From: Nitrososphaera viennensis EN76
GTDB lineage: Archaea > Thermoproteota > Nitrososphaeria > Nitrososphaerales > Nitrososphaeraceae
NCBI RefSeq assembly: GCF_000698785.1
Contig: NZ_CP007536.1
Coordinates: 720,001-752,000 of the forward strand
Direction: 5' to 3'
Length of the DNA stretch: 32,000 nucleotides
Shown here: positions 1-8,634 of the stretch, in pieces
Layout: every line of letters begins with the position of its first letter
Numbering within the stretch: the stretch's first letter is position 1
Translations under genes and position numbers: made by a program
Notes under the pieces: generated by a model
The model's input: only the letters and a program-made list of their open reading frames with translations
The model's database searches: none
Told to the model about the DNA's origin: nothing

Positions 1-72
1 CCAGGGGTGCAAGGGCGTCGCGCCTTGCAAGGGCCGCGCGGCGGATCCTTTGCTTTTCCTTGCGCGTGTCGT

Positions 73-936
73 TCAGCCAGATGCCCCTCGCAAGACCGAT
101 GCCGCAGAGACGGTGTTTTTCATGAGCATCGCTATCGTCATAGGGCCCACGCCCCCGGGGACGGGCGTTATCCACGACGCCTTTTGCTTTACCGCTTCAA
201 AGTCGGCGTCGCCGGCGAGCTTGCCGCTTATCCTGCTCGTCGCAACGTCAATGACGACTGCGCCTTCCTTGACCATGTCTGCGGTAAGGGTAAAGCGCTC
301 CCGGTTTCCGACCGCGGTTATGATGATGTCGGCCTGCCTCAGGCGCGCGGCAAGTTCCTTGGTCCTTGAATGGCAGACGGTCACGGTGGCGTTGCGTTCA
401 AGGAGCATGAACACGAGCGGCTTGCCCACCAGGTTGCTCCTGTTGATTATCACGGCGTCCTTGCCCTCAAGTGTTATCTTGTAATAGTCGAAAAGCTCCA
501 TCACGCCGGAAGGCGTGCATGGCTTTAGCAACGCCATGCCATTCTGGAGCATGCCGGCGCTGTACGGGGTCAGACCGTCGACGTCCTTTAGCGGGCTGAT
601 TGTGTTTATTATCGCAAACTCGTCAATGTGTTTTGGCAGGGGCAGCTGCACCAGTATGCCGTGCACCTCCGGGTCGTTGTTCAAGAGCTGCACAAGCTCC
701 AGGAGCTCGTGCTGCTTGAAGGTTGCGGCAAGGCGATGGTCCCGGGTGGCGATGCCAAGCTCCTTTGCGGTCTTTTGCTTGCTGTTGACGTACGTAGCAG
801 ATGCAGGGTCGTCGCCTACGAGCACTGTTGCAAGGCACGGGGTGATCCCAGAAGCCTTTAGATCCTCGACTGCCTTTTTCACTCGTTCTTTGACGTCCTG
901 AGCGACAGCAAGCCCGCTTATTATCTGCGCCACCAA
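73..936 (-). CDS. folD: Bifunctional methylenetetrahydrofolate dehydrogenase/methenyl-THF cyclohydrolase (FolD)
   Basis: The translation shows the FolD pattern along its length (VLVGDDPASATYVNSKQK, VQLPLP, PCTPSGV, NRSNLVGKP, PVPGGVGPMT). The track start (TTG at 1038) adds a Cys-rich leader and leaves only 2 bp to the divergent gene. The FolD-like N-terminus VAQIISG starts at TTG 936 / GTG 933, so the start is placed there (uncertain). Confidence 0.9.
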   Translation of the reverse strand: MVAQIISGLAVAQDVKERVKKAVEDLKASGITPCLATVLVGDDPASATYVNSKQKTAKELGIATRDHRLAATFKQHELLELVQLLNNDPEVHGILVQLPLPKHIDEFAIINTISPLKDVDGLTPYSAGMLQNGMALLKPCTPSGVMELFDYYKITLEGKDAVIINRSNLVGKPLVFMLLERNATVTVCHSRTKELAARLRQADIIITAVGNRERFTLTADMVKEGAVVIDVATSRISGKLAGDADFEAVKQKASWITPVPGGVGPMTIAMLMKNTVSAASVLRGASG

Positions 937-1040
937 GCAGAGACAGAGAAAAGGCCGGGCGCTATTTTGCTTTTCCGATTCTTTGCAAGAAAAATGACAA
1001 ACTAAATTAATAAGATTTGCCAAGTTAAAGAGAGTCAATA

Positions 1041-1502
1041 ATGAACGGCCAATTTTTCCAGAGGCGCTGGCTGGATTTCAGGAACGGCCACAGCACCTAC
1101 CTCATCTTTGCCATGGCGTTTTTCCAGTTCGTAGTCATCACCTACACCCTTGCGATAGAGCGTTTTGACGTACTAAAGACAGTGTTCCCAAGCATGGGAA
1201 CATGGGCGGTTGTATTTGTCATAGTGTACATACCGACTGCAGTTGCCATAGGCTATTGGCATCGAAAGAAGCAGTATGCGGTGGAAAACGAGGCGCTCCT
1301 CAAGGAGAACTGGGTATGGGCATGGATATCCATGTACCAGATCCGCCTTATAGAAGGCAAGGCGACGCCGGAAGAGACGCGTCAGGTCAAGGAATTCCTC
1401 GAAGCCATACTAAAGAGACAAAAGAAAGACACGCTCATGACCCACTATCTCGAGGACATCCTAAAGCGCCAGGCTCCCCCTCCTCCTTCTTCTTCCCCCT
1501 AG
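1041..1502 (+). CDS. Hypothetical membrane protein (2 predicted TM helices, Pro/Ser tail)
   Basis: ATG ORF with an AT-rich box about 30 nt upstream. Two hydrophobic stretches (YLIFAMAFFQFVVITYTLAI, WAVVFVIVYIPTAVAIGYW). No recognisable family. Confidence 0.55.
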   Translation: MNGQFFQRRWLDFRNGHSTYLIFAMAFFQFVVITYTLAIERFDVLKTVFPSMGTWAVVFVIVYIPTAVAIGYWHRKKQYAVENEALLKENWVWAWISMYQIRLIEGKATPEETRQVKEFLEAILKRQKKDTLMTHYLEDILKRQAPPPPSSSP

Positions 1503-1504
1503 CG

Positions 1505-2338
1505 CTAGACGCCAAGCTTTCTCTTTATACGCGCAAACTGATAGTCGCGTATGTACTGCCTTATCTCGCGGTCGTGCATGCTGTCGTAGCCGGTGTCCTT
1601 TGGCTTGTACGACAAATAGTAGTAGAGCATGTATATCGCGCCAAGCCGGCCCGTCGGTTTTCCGCTTGCGAAGTACAGGAAGAACCTGCCCAGCGCAAAG
1701 AGCGGGTGGTATCCAAGCGTCCGCATGCTTGCGCCAAACTCGTAAAAGTGGTGGTTCTTGCCGAGTGGGCGTGTGTGCTCAAACCTAACGTCATTGAATA
1801 CCTTGAAAGCATAGCCGTGTCGCGTCGCAGAGTAGAGAACAAGCGACTCGTAGCCCATCTTTTCAGGGTACAGGCCGTGGTGCCTGTCGAAAAACTCTGT
1901 CCTGACAAACCTGCCGCCGCCATGCGGGGCGATAGCGTCTTTGTCTTCATAGTTGCCCGACGCGATTGCTATCTTTTTATCCGCGTCCATGTGGCGCATC
2001 ATTTTTTCAGCATAGTCGCGCTCGTAGACCGTGTCGTCAGTGCTTATCATGTGGTAATCTGCAGGAGGCAGGCGGTGATCCCGCGCGTACTGGATGGCCT
2101 TGTTCCAGTTGCTCACCACCCTTGCGATGTTGTAGCCGAGGTCAGGGTTCGTGATTACATGCAGGGAAGGCCAGCCCGACTGCAGCTGCCGCAGTATGTC
2201 GGCCGTCCGGTCCTTGGAGCCGTCGTCTATCACGATGACGTAAGATGGCGAGACTGTCTGGGCCTTAAGCGAAAGCAGCGCCTCCTCGATGTTGTTCTCA
2301 GAGTTTCTGCACGTCACTATAACAAAATACGAACTCAA
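1505..2338 (-). CDS. Family 2 glycosyltransferase
   Basis: The N-terminus is typical of GT2 (FVIVTCRNSENNIEEALLSLKAQT, VIVIDDGSKDRT with the DxD-type DDG motif). Confidence 0.85.
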   Translation of the reverse strand: MSSYFVIVTCRNSENNIEEALLSLKAQTVSPSYVIVIDDGSKDRTADILRQLQSGWPSLHVITNPDLGYNIARVVSNWNKAIQYARDHRLPPADYHMISTDDTVYERDYAEKMMRHMDADKKIAIASGNYEDKDAIAPHGGGRFVRTEFFDRHHGLYPEKMGYESLVLYSATRHGYAFKVFNDVRFEHTRPLGKNHHFYEFGASMRTLGYHPLFALGRFFLYFASGKPTGRLGAIYMLYYYLSYKPKDTGYDSMHDREIRQYIRDYQFARIKRKLGV

Positions 2339-2387
2339 GGCGCAGGAGATTATGCAATGTTTGAATAAATAAATTAATTCCTGTCTG

Positions 2388-3602
2388 CTAGAGCTTCTCG
2401 CTTCCCTTCATGGTCTTGCTGACAAAGAGCCGCCACCACACTTCAAGGGCAAGCAGAGCCAGCATCTTGTTGACATAGCGCACGTCCGGCTCTTCCTGCG
2501 CCAGTAGCTTTTCGGTCGTTTTTTGCACCCAGTCGCCGCTTATGATGCCGGCCCTGACCACCTCTGAATCCCCGCTGTTGTTGACGTACTGTTTTGTGAT
2601 TTCTTGGTCCCTCTTTTTCCACAGCGAGATAGAGTTTGCGGAAAAGCCCTTCTTGACAGGTTCCATGTGTAGGCGCTCGCCCTTTAGTATGGCGCGCAAA
2701 GGCAGCTTGCCCGTGGCAGACTGGGGGTCATATTTTACCTGCCAGGGCAGGTGCGTGGCAAATTTTGTCATGCGGCCTGAAAGAAAGAGCGACTGGATCT
2801 TGATTCCAAACGCTTTTGAAAACGCCAAGTTGGCTGGCAGCCAGTCAAACAGCAGCTTGCCGTTCCAGTCTGCAAGAAACACCTGGTCAAGCGGTGCGAG
2901 TCTGCTGTTATTGAAATGATGCTTCAAGAGCCCGTAGATCCTGTCCCACGAGAACCTGACCTTTGGACCAAAGACCTTCTCCTGGTCCGGCACCCAGTCC
3001 CGCTCGTGGCACGACACGTAGAGCCTTGCCTTTTCCTTCCACCCGGCTTTTTCCGGCAAAAACGAGAGGTACTTTTGGTACCGAAATGTATAGCCGGCAA
3101 ACAGCTCGTCGCCCCCGTCGCCGGAAAATATTGTCTTTTCCCTGCACGCCTCAAACGCGTACGCCTGGTACAGGTTCCACCGTGGCTCCCCTGCGATTTT
3201 TACAAGCCTCGGCAGGCCGATCAAGACGTCGTCCAGAACAAGCCCGCGAAAATCGCAGCCATATATTCCTGCAATATTTCGCGCCGCCGACACCTCGTCA
3301 TCATCTTCTCCAAACCCCATGCTGACGCACGAGACGTTGATGTCAGGCCGGAATTTTCTCAGCATGGCAAGCGTGAGGACTGAATCCACGCCGCCGCTCA
3401 GGAGCACCGAGACGCGTTTTTCCCTGACGCGCGCAAGGTCGCCCTCGATGATTTTCAATGCCTGCGATTCCACGTTGTTGTTGTCGGCCTTGGCAGGCAC
3501 AAAATCGGATGCGGCAAGCGGCCTTTTGGGCGGAGACCTGCGAGGGTTGTAACGCAGCGTGAGAATGTTTGCTATTGCGTCATAGTCTACAGCTGCAGGC
3601 AC
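2388..3602 (-). CDS. Asparagine synthase-like PP-loop ATP pyrophosphatase (synthetase domain only, no N-terminal glutaminase domain)
   Basis: PP-loop motif VLLSGGVDSV, followed by AsnB C-domain-like sequence (SGDGGDELFAGY). The N-terminus lacks the Cys2 glutaminase domain. Confidence 0.8.
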   Translation of the reverse strand: MPAAVDYDAIANILTLRYNPRRSPPKRPLAASDFVPAKADNNNVESQALKIIEGDLARVREKRVSVLLSGGVDSVLTLAMLRKFRPDINVSCVSMGFGEDDDEVSAARNIAGIYGCDFRGLVLDDVLIGLPRLVKIAGEPRWNLYQAYAFEACREKTIFSGDGGDELFAGYTFRYQKYLSFLPEKAGWKEKARLYVSCHERDWVPDQEKVFGPKVRFSWDRIYGLLKHHFNNSRLAPLDQVFLADWNGKLLFDWLPANLAFSKAFGIKIQSLFLSGRMTKFATHLPWQVKYDPQSATGKLPLRAILKGERLHMEPVKKGFSANSISLWKKRDQEITKQYVNNSGDSEVVRAGIISGDWVQKTTEKLLAQEEPDVRYVNKMLALLALEVWWRLFVSKTMKGSEKL

Positions 3603-3640
3603 TGCCTGAGAATAGCACCATCCTTATTTATTTTAGTCAG

Positions 3641-4231
3641 TCAATCCTTGTCAAGCTCGACCTGTTCAAGGCGCGTCAGCGCCTGGACTATCTCCTTCTG
3701 CAGCTGCTCGATGCTCTTTTCCTCCGCCTTGAACTGCTTCTTTTCAGAGTCGTCGCGAACCTTTTCCGGTATGGGAATAACCTGCACGCGCTCTATCACC
3801 ACCGGCGCCGAGCCGGCCTTTGACATCTCTGCAAGTTTCTGGTCAAGGGCAGAGATTTTGTTTTCAAGGAGTGACGCAAGGTTGTTGCGCATGTCGGCAA
3901 GTTCAGAGTATTCTGCCACCGGCTTTGTGGTTGCTATCCTTTCGTTGAGGGCGTCGAGGTCGTGCTTGTATTTCACAAGCAGGCGGTCGCGCTCAAGGCG
4001 GTCTATCCTGCCGTCCTGCGCGGCCTCGTAGACGCGGGTTATCGCCTCTGCGGCCAGCGTTTTTTCAAACACGAGAGAAGCAAGTTCCGCCTTGGCGTCG
4101 CTTGCAGTCCTCTTTTGCGGTTCCTCTTTCTTTGGCTTTTTCGCCTTTGCTGCTGCCACCCTGTCGATAAGGGCAGCTGAAATGGCGCCTGCCACAGAAG
4201 AGCCTGCAATGACGGCTAGCTCGCCGGACAT
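3641..4231 (-). CDS. Hypothetical membrane-anchored coiled-coil protein
   Basis: N-terminal hydrophobic segment (LAVIAGSSVAGAISAALI), a Lys-rich linker, then long heptad-like E/K/L/R sequence. No family recognised. Confidence 0.55.
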   Translation of the reverse strand: MSGELAVIAGSSVAGAISAALIDRVAAAKAKKPKKEEPQKRTASDAKAELASLVFEKTLAAEAITRVYEAAQDGRIDRLERDRLLVKYKHDLDALNERIATTKPVAEYSELADMRNNLASLLENKISALDQKLAEMSKAGSAPVVIERVQVIPIPEKVRDDSEKKQFKAEEKSIEQLQKEIVQALTRLEQVELDKD

Positions 4232-4268
4232 TCCTACAAAAGTTAGCAGAGCTTACAGAAAAGCTTTG

Positions 4269-4418
4269 CTAGAGCACCTGGCGCTTTATCCAGGTGTATT
4301 TGCGCATCGTGGCTTCAGGGTAGCCGCACTTTGAACAGCGCTTGTGGCGCTTGTGGTACGAGTTGTGGCCGCACCTTCTGCAGCGTATGTGGGTCTTTTT
4401 GCGGGTAAAATTACCCAT
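4269..4418 (-). CDS. rpl37e: 50S ribosomal protein L37e (eL37)
   Basis: Absent from the ORF track because it is under 60 aa. My translation of the minus strand is [49 protein letters not shown]. This matches the eL37 CxxC...CxxC zinc-ribbon pattern and lies directly downstream of the LSm gene. Confidence 0.9.
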   Translation of the reverse strand: MGNFTRKKTHIRCRRCGHNSYHKRHKRCSKCGYPEATMRKYTWIKRQVL

Positions 4419-4460
4419 CGAAGTTGTGCCTTTCGTCACTTTCTTTCACGCACCCTCTCT

Positions 4461-4691
4461 CTACTTTGGAGGCGGAGATATGATGACCACGTTGTCGCCC
4501 CTCACGACAATAGTTCCGAGGTCATTGGACTTGCCCTCCTCAAGGATTTCCACAGAGTCTTCGAGCAACAGGTTCATGTGCTGGTCAAAGCCGTGGAGGT
4601 TTCCCCTGATGACCTTGCCACCTTTCAACTTGATAAGCACGACTTTTCCAAGGCTCTCGTCGAGAACCTTAACTGCCATATCAACGGACAT
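4461..4691 (-). CDS. Archaeal Sm-like (LSm/SmAP) RNA-binding protein
   Basis: Sm1/Sm2 motifs are visible ([28 protein letters not shown] ... [11 protein letters not shown]). The 76-aa size is typical. Confidence 0.9.
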   Translation of the reverse strand: MSVDMAVKVLDESLGKVVLIKLKGGKVIRGNLHGFDQHMNLLLEDSVEILEEGKSNDLGTIVVRGDNVVIISPPPK

Positions 4692-4745
4692 GCGATTTAC
4701 CTAGGGTAAGGCGCCTAAATGCCATATATTAAAATTCGCACGCGT

Positions 4746-5456
4746 TTAATCAGCAGCAAGTTCGGAAATCGTCCTGGCAAGGCCGGCTGTTATTTCCTTC
4801 AGCAGGCGCTGCCCAGTTTCAGCAGACGCCTTTTTCGGGTCTCCCCACACGCCATTGCCTGTCATTTTTACAAACGAGCCGGGCGAGTTTGCGATGCTTG
4901 CGTAGGCGGCCTTTGATTTCGTCGGCTTTATTGCGCCTGCCTGCGCCTTTTCCATCCTGACCAGCTCGGGCGCGATGGCAAGGACGAGCGACGTCTCGAC
5001 CTCTCCGGCGTGGCCCAGCTCGTCATTTTTCATCTGGTGCCAGTAATGCAGCACATGAACAGAGACGTTGTCAGGAATTCTGCCGGCAAGGTCCTGGGCA
5101 ATGTACTGCAGAGCGCCAATGTTGCCGTGGTGGCCGTTTATCACGACAACCTCCTTGACGCCGTGCCCGGCGAGGGCCGCGCATGCGTCGCACACCAGCG
5201 CTGACAGGGTAGAGTTGCGCAGCGACACGTGAAACATCGGGTCGTGCTCAAACGAGACTCCGTAGGCTATGGCAGGAAGCACCAGCGCGCCCACCTTTTG
5301 CGCGACCAGTTTTGAGACGTGCTCTGCGATGAGCGCGTCGGTGGACACCGGCAGGTGGGGGCCGTGCTGCTCCAGCGAGCCGACAGGGATTATCGCCCTT
5401 TTTGTCTTTTTGAGCGCGCTCCAGAACTGCGGGTCGCTCATGCCATAGACGGACAT
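4746..5456 (-). CDS. Creatininase-family amidohydrolase (creatinine amidohydrolase / ArfB-type deformylase family)
   Basis: Signature IIPVGSLEQHGPHLPVSTD plus NGHHGN and a later HAGEVETS motif. The true start may be the second Met (5441), since an AT-rich box abuts 5456. Confidence 0.8.
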   Translation of the reverse strand: MSVYGMSDPQFWSALKKTKRAIIPVGSLEQHGPHLPVSTDALIAEHVSKLVAQKVGALVLPAIAYGVSFEHDPMFHVSLRNSTLSALVCDACAALAGHGVKEVVVINGHHGNIGALQYIAQDLAGRIPDNVSVHVLHYWHQMKNDELGHAGEVETSLVLAIAPELVRMEKAQAGAIKPTKSKAAYASIANSPGSFVKMTGNGVWGDPKKASAETGQRLLKEITAGLARTISELAAD

Positions 5457-5488
5457 ATGTATATTTAGGTAAAAGCACGGTGCCGGCG

Positions 5489-6415
5489 TTAAGAACTTGT
5501 CGTCGCCGTCGCCTTTCCCCGGGGCGACTTGTCGTGCACGAGGACCTTGCCCCAGTACACCTCAAGGCGGCCCTCAAGGTACAGCCTGACTGCCTCAAAG
5601 AGCGTCTCTGCCTCGAGCTCCTGGCCCTTTTTCTTTATGGTGTCAAGTGTGTCGCTGTCTGAGACCTTGAACGATTCCTGGCATATTATGGGGCCCTGGT
5701 CGAGGTCTTCGGTGACAAAATGCGCCGTGCACCCAACTATCTTGGCCCCCCTCTCGTACGCCTGGACGTACGCGTAGGCGCCGGGGAACGCAGGCAGGAG
5801 CGACGGGTGTATGTTGATTATGCGGTTTGGGTAGCGCCAGACAAAGTTTGGCGTGAGGATGCGCATATAGCGCGCAAGCACTATCAGGTCGACATTGTAC
5901 TTTTCAATGAGGTCGAGGATGTTTCGCTCCGCCTCGGCCTGGTCGGCGTGGGATACAGAGTGGAACGGGATTCCTGCCTCGTCGGCAACCGGCTTGAGCG
6001 AAGGCTCGCTTCCAATCACGACTGCAAGGTTGGCCTTTATCTCGCCCTTTTTGCGGCCGGCGAGTATCCTCTTTATGCAGTGCGGCTCTTTGCTGACAAG
6101 GATCGCCACGTTTCTCAGCCTGTCCGGTTCCTGGTAGTGGACTTTTATCTCCATCTGGAGCTTCTTGGCAAGGTCCTTGAGGCCGGCGTCGAGATCCTTC
6201 CTCTTTGCCTGCACAAACGACGCCTCCAGCTGCATGCCAAACAGGCCGCGCACCACGTTCTGGTTTATCTTCTCGATGTTGCCGCCGTTCTGGAAGATAA
6301 AGTTGGTAATGTCGGCCACGACCCCTTTGCGGTCCTTGCCCACGACGGTGACTTCGATTATCGTCTTGCTTGCTGCAGCAGCGGCAACCATCCAAGACAG
6401 ATAGCGCCTTGGCAT
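5489..6415 (-). CDS. purU: Formyltetrahydrofolate deformylase (ACT domain + formyltransferase domain)
   Basis: N-terminal ACT-like segment (VTVVGKDRKGVVADITNFIFQNGGNI). Formyltransferase motifs IINIHPSLLPAFPG and HFVTEDLDQGPII. TATA-like tatatat lies about 20-30 nt upstream of 6415. Confidence 0.85.
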   Translation of the reverse strand: MPRRYLSWMVAAAAASKTIIEVTVVGKDRKGVVADITNFIFQNGGNIEKINQNVVRGLFGMQLEASFVQAKRKDLDAGLKDLAKKLQMEIKVHYQEPDRLRNVAILVSKEPHCIKRILAGRKKGEIKANLAVVIGSEPSLKPVADEAGIPFHSVSHADQAEAERNILDLIEKYNVDLIVLARYMRILTPNFVWRYPNRIINIHPSLLPAFPGAYAYVQAYERGAKIVGCTAHFVTEDLDQGPIICQESFKVSDSDTLDTIKKKGQELEAETLFEAVRLYLEGRLEVYWGKVLVHDKSPRGKATATTSS

Positions 6416-6510
6416 GATAAATAAATCTTACATATATAATGACAAGGGCAAGCTCGTACAGGTGAACAAACAGGCGCTTTTTACCCTACACGAGGTGAGA
6501 TTCTACTGTA

Positions 6511-6537
6511 GTGTGTGTGCATGCGTGTATGTGCGTA
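6511..6537. repeat. Perfect alternating purine-pyrimidine tract (27 nt)
   Basis: gtgtgtgtgcatgcgtgtatgtgcgta, intergenic / 5' of ORF 6541. Confidence 0.85.
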
Positions 6538-6540
6538 GAC

Positions 6541-7377
6541 ATGATAGAGGTTGATAATGATAGCATCCACAGGTCGCTGCTGGATGCGGGATACAGGCCG
6601 CGCACAATGGTCAGCGACATGGTGCATGACGCCATAACCAGAGCGTTTGAGCTTCTTGGAGAGTCGTGCGCCGGCCTCCTCATCAACCACCTCTCGGCAA
6701 TGCACAGGCTCCCAAGGCACATAGTTTTGACGAGGTATGACCTCATATCGAGGGCAATAAGCCAGACGTTTGGATACGGATCAGAGGTGTTCATGCACGA
6801 GATCAGGGCAAACCTGCTGAGGAGCCTTCCGCACCTGGACAATTCTCTCACCACCGCAGAGATAATCCACCTGACCCACAAGATCGAGGCGCTCCGGTTC
6901 GTCCGCAACCTCCGGGACGGATATGCGGTCTTTGTCCACAGCAGCTACAAAAGCAAGCAGGAGATACTTGGCTCGTTTTTCCAGCCTGTAAACGCCGGCA
7001 GGCTCGTGAATACAACCACTACCACTACAGCATCAGCAGGCGGTTTTGGTTCAATAATCAAGTATGACGGCGACGGCAACATAACTGCAGGCGGCAGGAC
7101 CTATTGCAATCTGACATCCTGCAAGCATCAATATCATTATTATCCACCGCCATCATCATCGAAAGACCATGCAGCACAGGGCCGCCACGTGCGCAGGAGG
7201 GCCGGCGGTGTGAATGGAAGGAACAGATCTTTTCTTTGCTCCTACAGCATGGATGAAGCCAGCCGGGACTTTGCGAACGTGGTGCTTGCCCACGACCACG
7301 TCATAACTGACCAGCCCTATATCGTATATTCCAAGATAGGATATGCATGCACTCCCCGCACACGGCAGCAGCCATAA
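6541..7377 (+). CDS. Hypothetical protein
   Basis: Long ORF with a plausible globular N-terminal half. The C-terminal half is low complexity (poly-T, G-rich). The track start 6511 lies inside an alternating Pu-Py tract, so ATG 6541 (MIEVDND) is preferred. No family recognised. Confidence 0.4.
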   Translation: MIEVDNDSIHRSLLDAGYRPRTMVSDMVHDAITRAFELLGESCAGLLINHLSAMHRLPRHIVLTRYDLISRAISQTFGYGSEVFMHEIRANLLRSLPHLDNSLTTAEIIHLTHKIEALRFVRNLRDGYAVFVHSSYKSKQEILGSFFQPVNAGRLVNTTTTTTASAGGFGSIIKYDGDGNITAGGRTYCNLTSCKHQYHYYPPPSSSKDHAAQGRHVRRRAGGVNGRNRSFLCSYSMDEASRDFANVVLAHDHVITDQPYIVYSKIGYACTPRTRQQP

Positions 7378-7888
7378 AAACAGCAGGGTGCTTGATGCAA
7401 GCGCCGTCTCAAAGGATGAAGATGAGGAGGAGGGCGACCTGCAGGTTTCATCGCCCTGTCTGCGCACAGGAATGCATGCTCATGCACAGGGATCTGCGGG
7501 GTCAGAGTTGAGCTAATAATAATGGCCCACCCGTCCAGTGAAAAGGAAGGGACTGCAGAAATCTACTACAAGCTCAAGGCGCTTGGAGTAAATGTTAGAG
7601 CCGTGCGAAATATGAACCTGTCGTTACATCAACTGGAGGATTTCCACTACAGGTTGCATGCCTTGTAGAAAAACACCGCAAGCTGTTTGGCAAGAGTTAG
7701 TTTGTTAATATTGATAGCTGTTGATTTTGCCGTCGGTTGCAAGACAACACTCTCGATACATCAACCTTAAATAACGGTAGGGGGAATTGAGCCTGTTGTA
7801 CGTTGAGGCTTGCGTAAAGGCAAGTGCTTTTGAGGTTCCCTAGCTAATGCATTTTCCACCCGCCAAAACCCCAAAACTTTGAGCAGAT

Positions 7889-8083
7889 ATGAGGCCACCA
7901 CAGAAACCCCAAAAGCAGCAACCGCCAAAGAGCTCAAGAAAAGACTATGACTATAACAAGCCGATAGGCAAGTGCGTCGTCTGCTATACCCTTTCCGGCT
8001 GGCACTGCTACGAGTGCGGAAACGACTTTTGCCAGGCCCACTACCACGAGCACAAGGACCGCAACCAGTGCAAGCCGAACTAA
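7889..8083 (+). CDS. Small Cys/His-rich zinc-finger protein (cross-brace, HIT/MYND-like spacing)
   Basis: 64-aa protein with a Pro/Gln/Lys-rich N-terminus followed by CVVC-x7-CYEC-x4-CQAH-x-H-x7-C. Confidence 0.5.
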   Translation: MRPPQKPQKQQPPKSSRKDYDYNKPIGKCVVCYTLSGWHCYECGNDFCQAHYHEHKDRNQCKPN

Positions 8084-8108
8084 AAGTATATTATTTTCCA
8101 CGGATGAT

Positions 8109-8139
8109 TGTGCGTGCGCATACATACACATGCACATGT
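8109..8139. repeat. Perfect alternating purine-pyrimidine tract (31 nt)
   Basis: tgtgcgtgcgcatacatacacatgcacatgt, between genes 7889-8083 and 8130-8489. Confidence 0.85.
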
Positions 8140-8489
8140 TGCGATATACCTCTGAATTCTGCGAGTCGGTGGCCAAGATCCACCAAAACATCGCAATTGC
8201 GGCATGGCTTGAGAAAGGCAAGGCCATAGCCTGGTACGTGGCTCCCGAGATCCCGATACCGGCTGAGGACAAGCAGGTGTCGATGGGCATACAGGCCGAG
8301 CTGATAAAGCCCATCCTAAAGACCAACGAGGACTATTTTGGCAAGAACCGCTACATGATGCTCAGTCAGGAAAATGCCGACATGTTTATGTTCCCCACGG
8401 ACGACCCGGACCACCTGCTCACGCGGGTAGTCGCCAGACCGTACGACCACAACGAGCTGGCTGAGAAAGTGATGGCCAGACTGGCCTAG
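8130..8489 (+). CDS. Hypothetical protein
   Basis: 119-aa ORF with ordinary composition and no recognisable motifs. The start is uncertain because the first codons lie in an alternating Pu-Py tract. Confidence 0.4.
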   Translation: MHMLRYTSEFCESVAKIHQNIAIAAWLEKGKAIAWYVAPEIPIPAEDKQVSMGIQAELIKPILKTNEDYFGKNRYMMLSQENADMFMFPTDDPDHLLTRVVARPYDHNELAEKVMARLA

Positions 8490-8634
8490 TGCGCGCTACT
8501 GCGCCAAGGGGAGCGTAAAGTAGAACGTCGCGCCACCACTGCCAACTATGTTGTTTCAGCCCACATGGCGCCGCCATGCGCCTCCACGATGCGTCTGCAG
8601 TGCGGCCTGGGAACCGCAGCAGTAGCAGCAAAGG

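Noticed and set aside
1202-2368. 388-aa ORF on the plus strand
   Set aside because: It runs antisense across the well-supported GT2 gene and overlaps gene 1041-1502 in another frame. Its translation is Arg/Ala/Val-rich low complexity, typical of shadow ORFs in GC-rich coding DNA.
5720-6424. 234-aa plus-strand ORF
   Set aside because: Antisense shadow of purU, which has clear ACT and formyltransferase motifs. It has no motifs of its own.
7522-7668. 48-codon ORF (MAHPSSEKEGTAEIYYKLKALGVNVRAVRNMNLSLHQLEDFHYRLHAL) in the 500-bp gap before 7889
   Set aside because: The composition is plausible, but there is no motif, no clear promoter box, and it is very short. This is not enough to call a gene. 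The gap 7380-7888 otherwise shows no RNA-gene features I can recognise.
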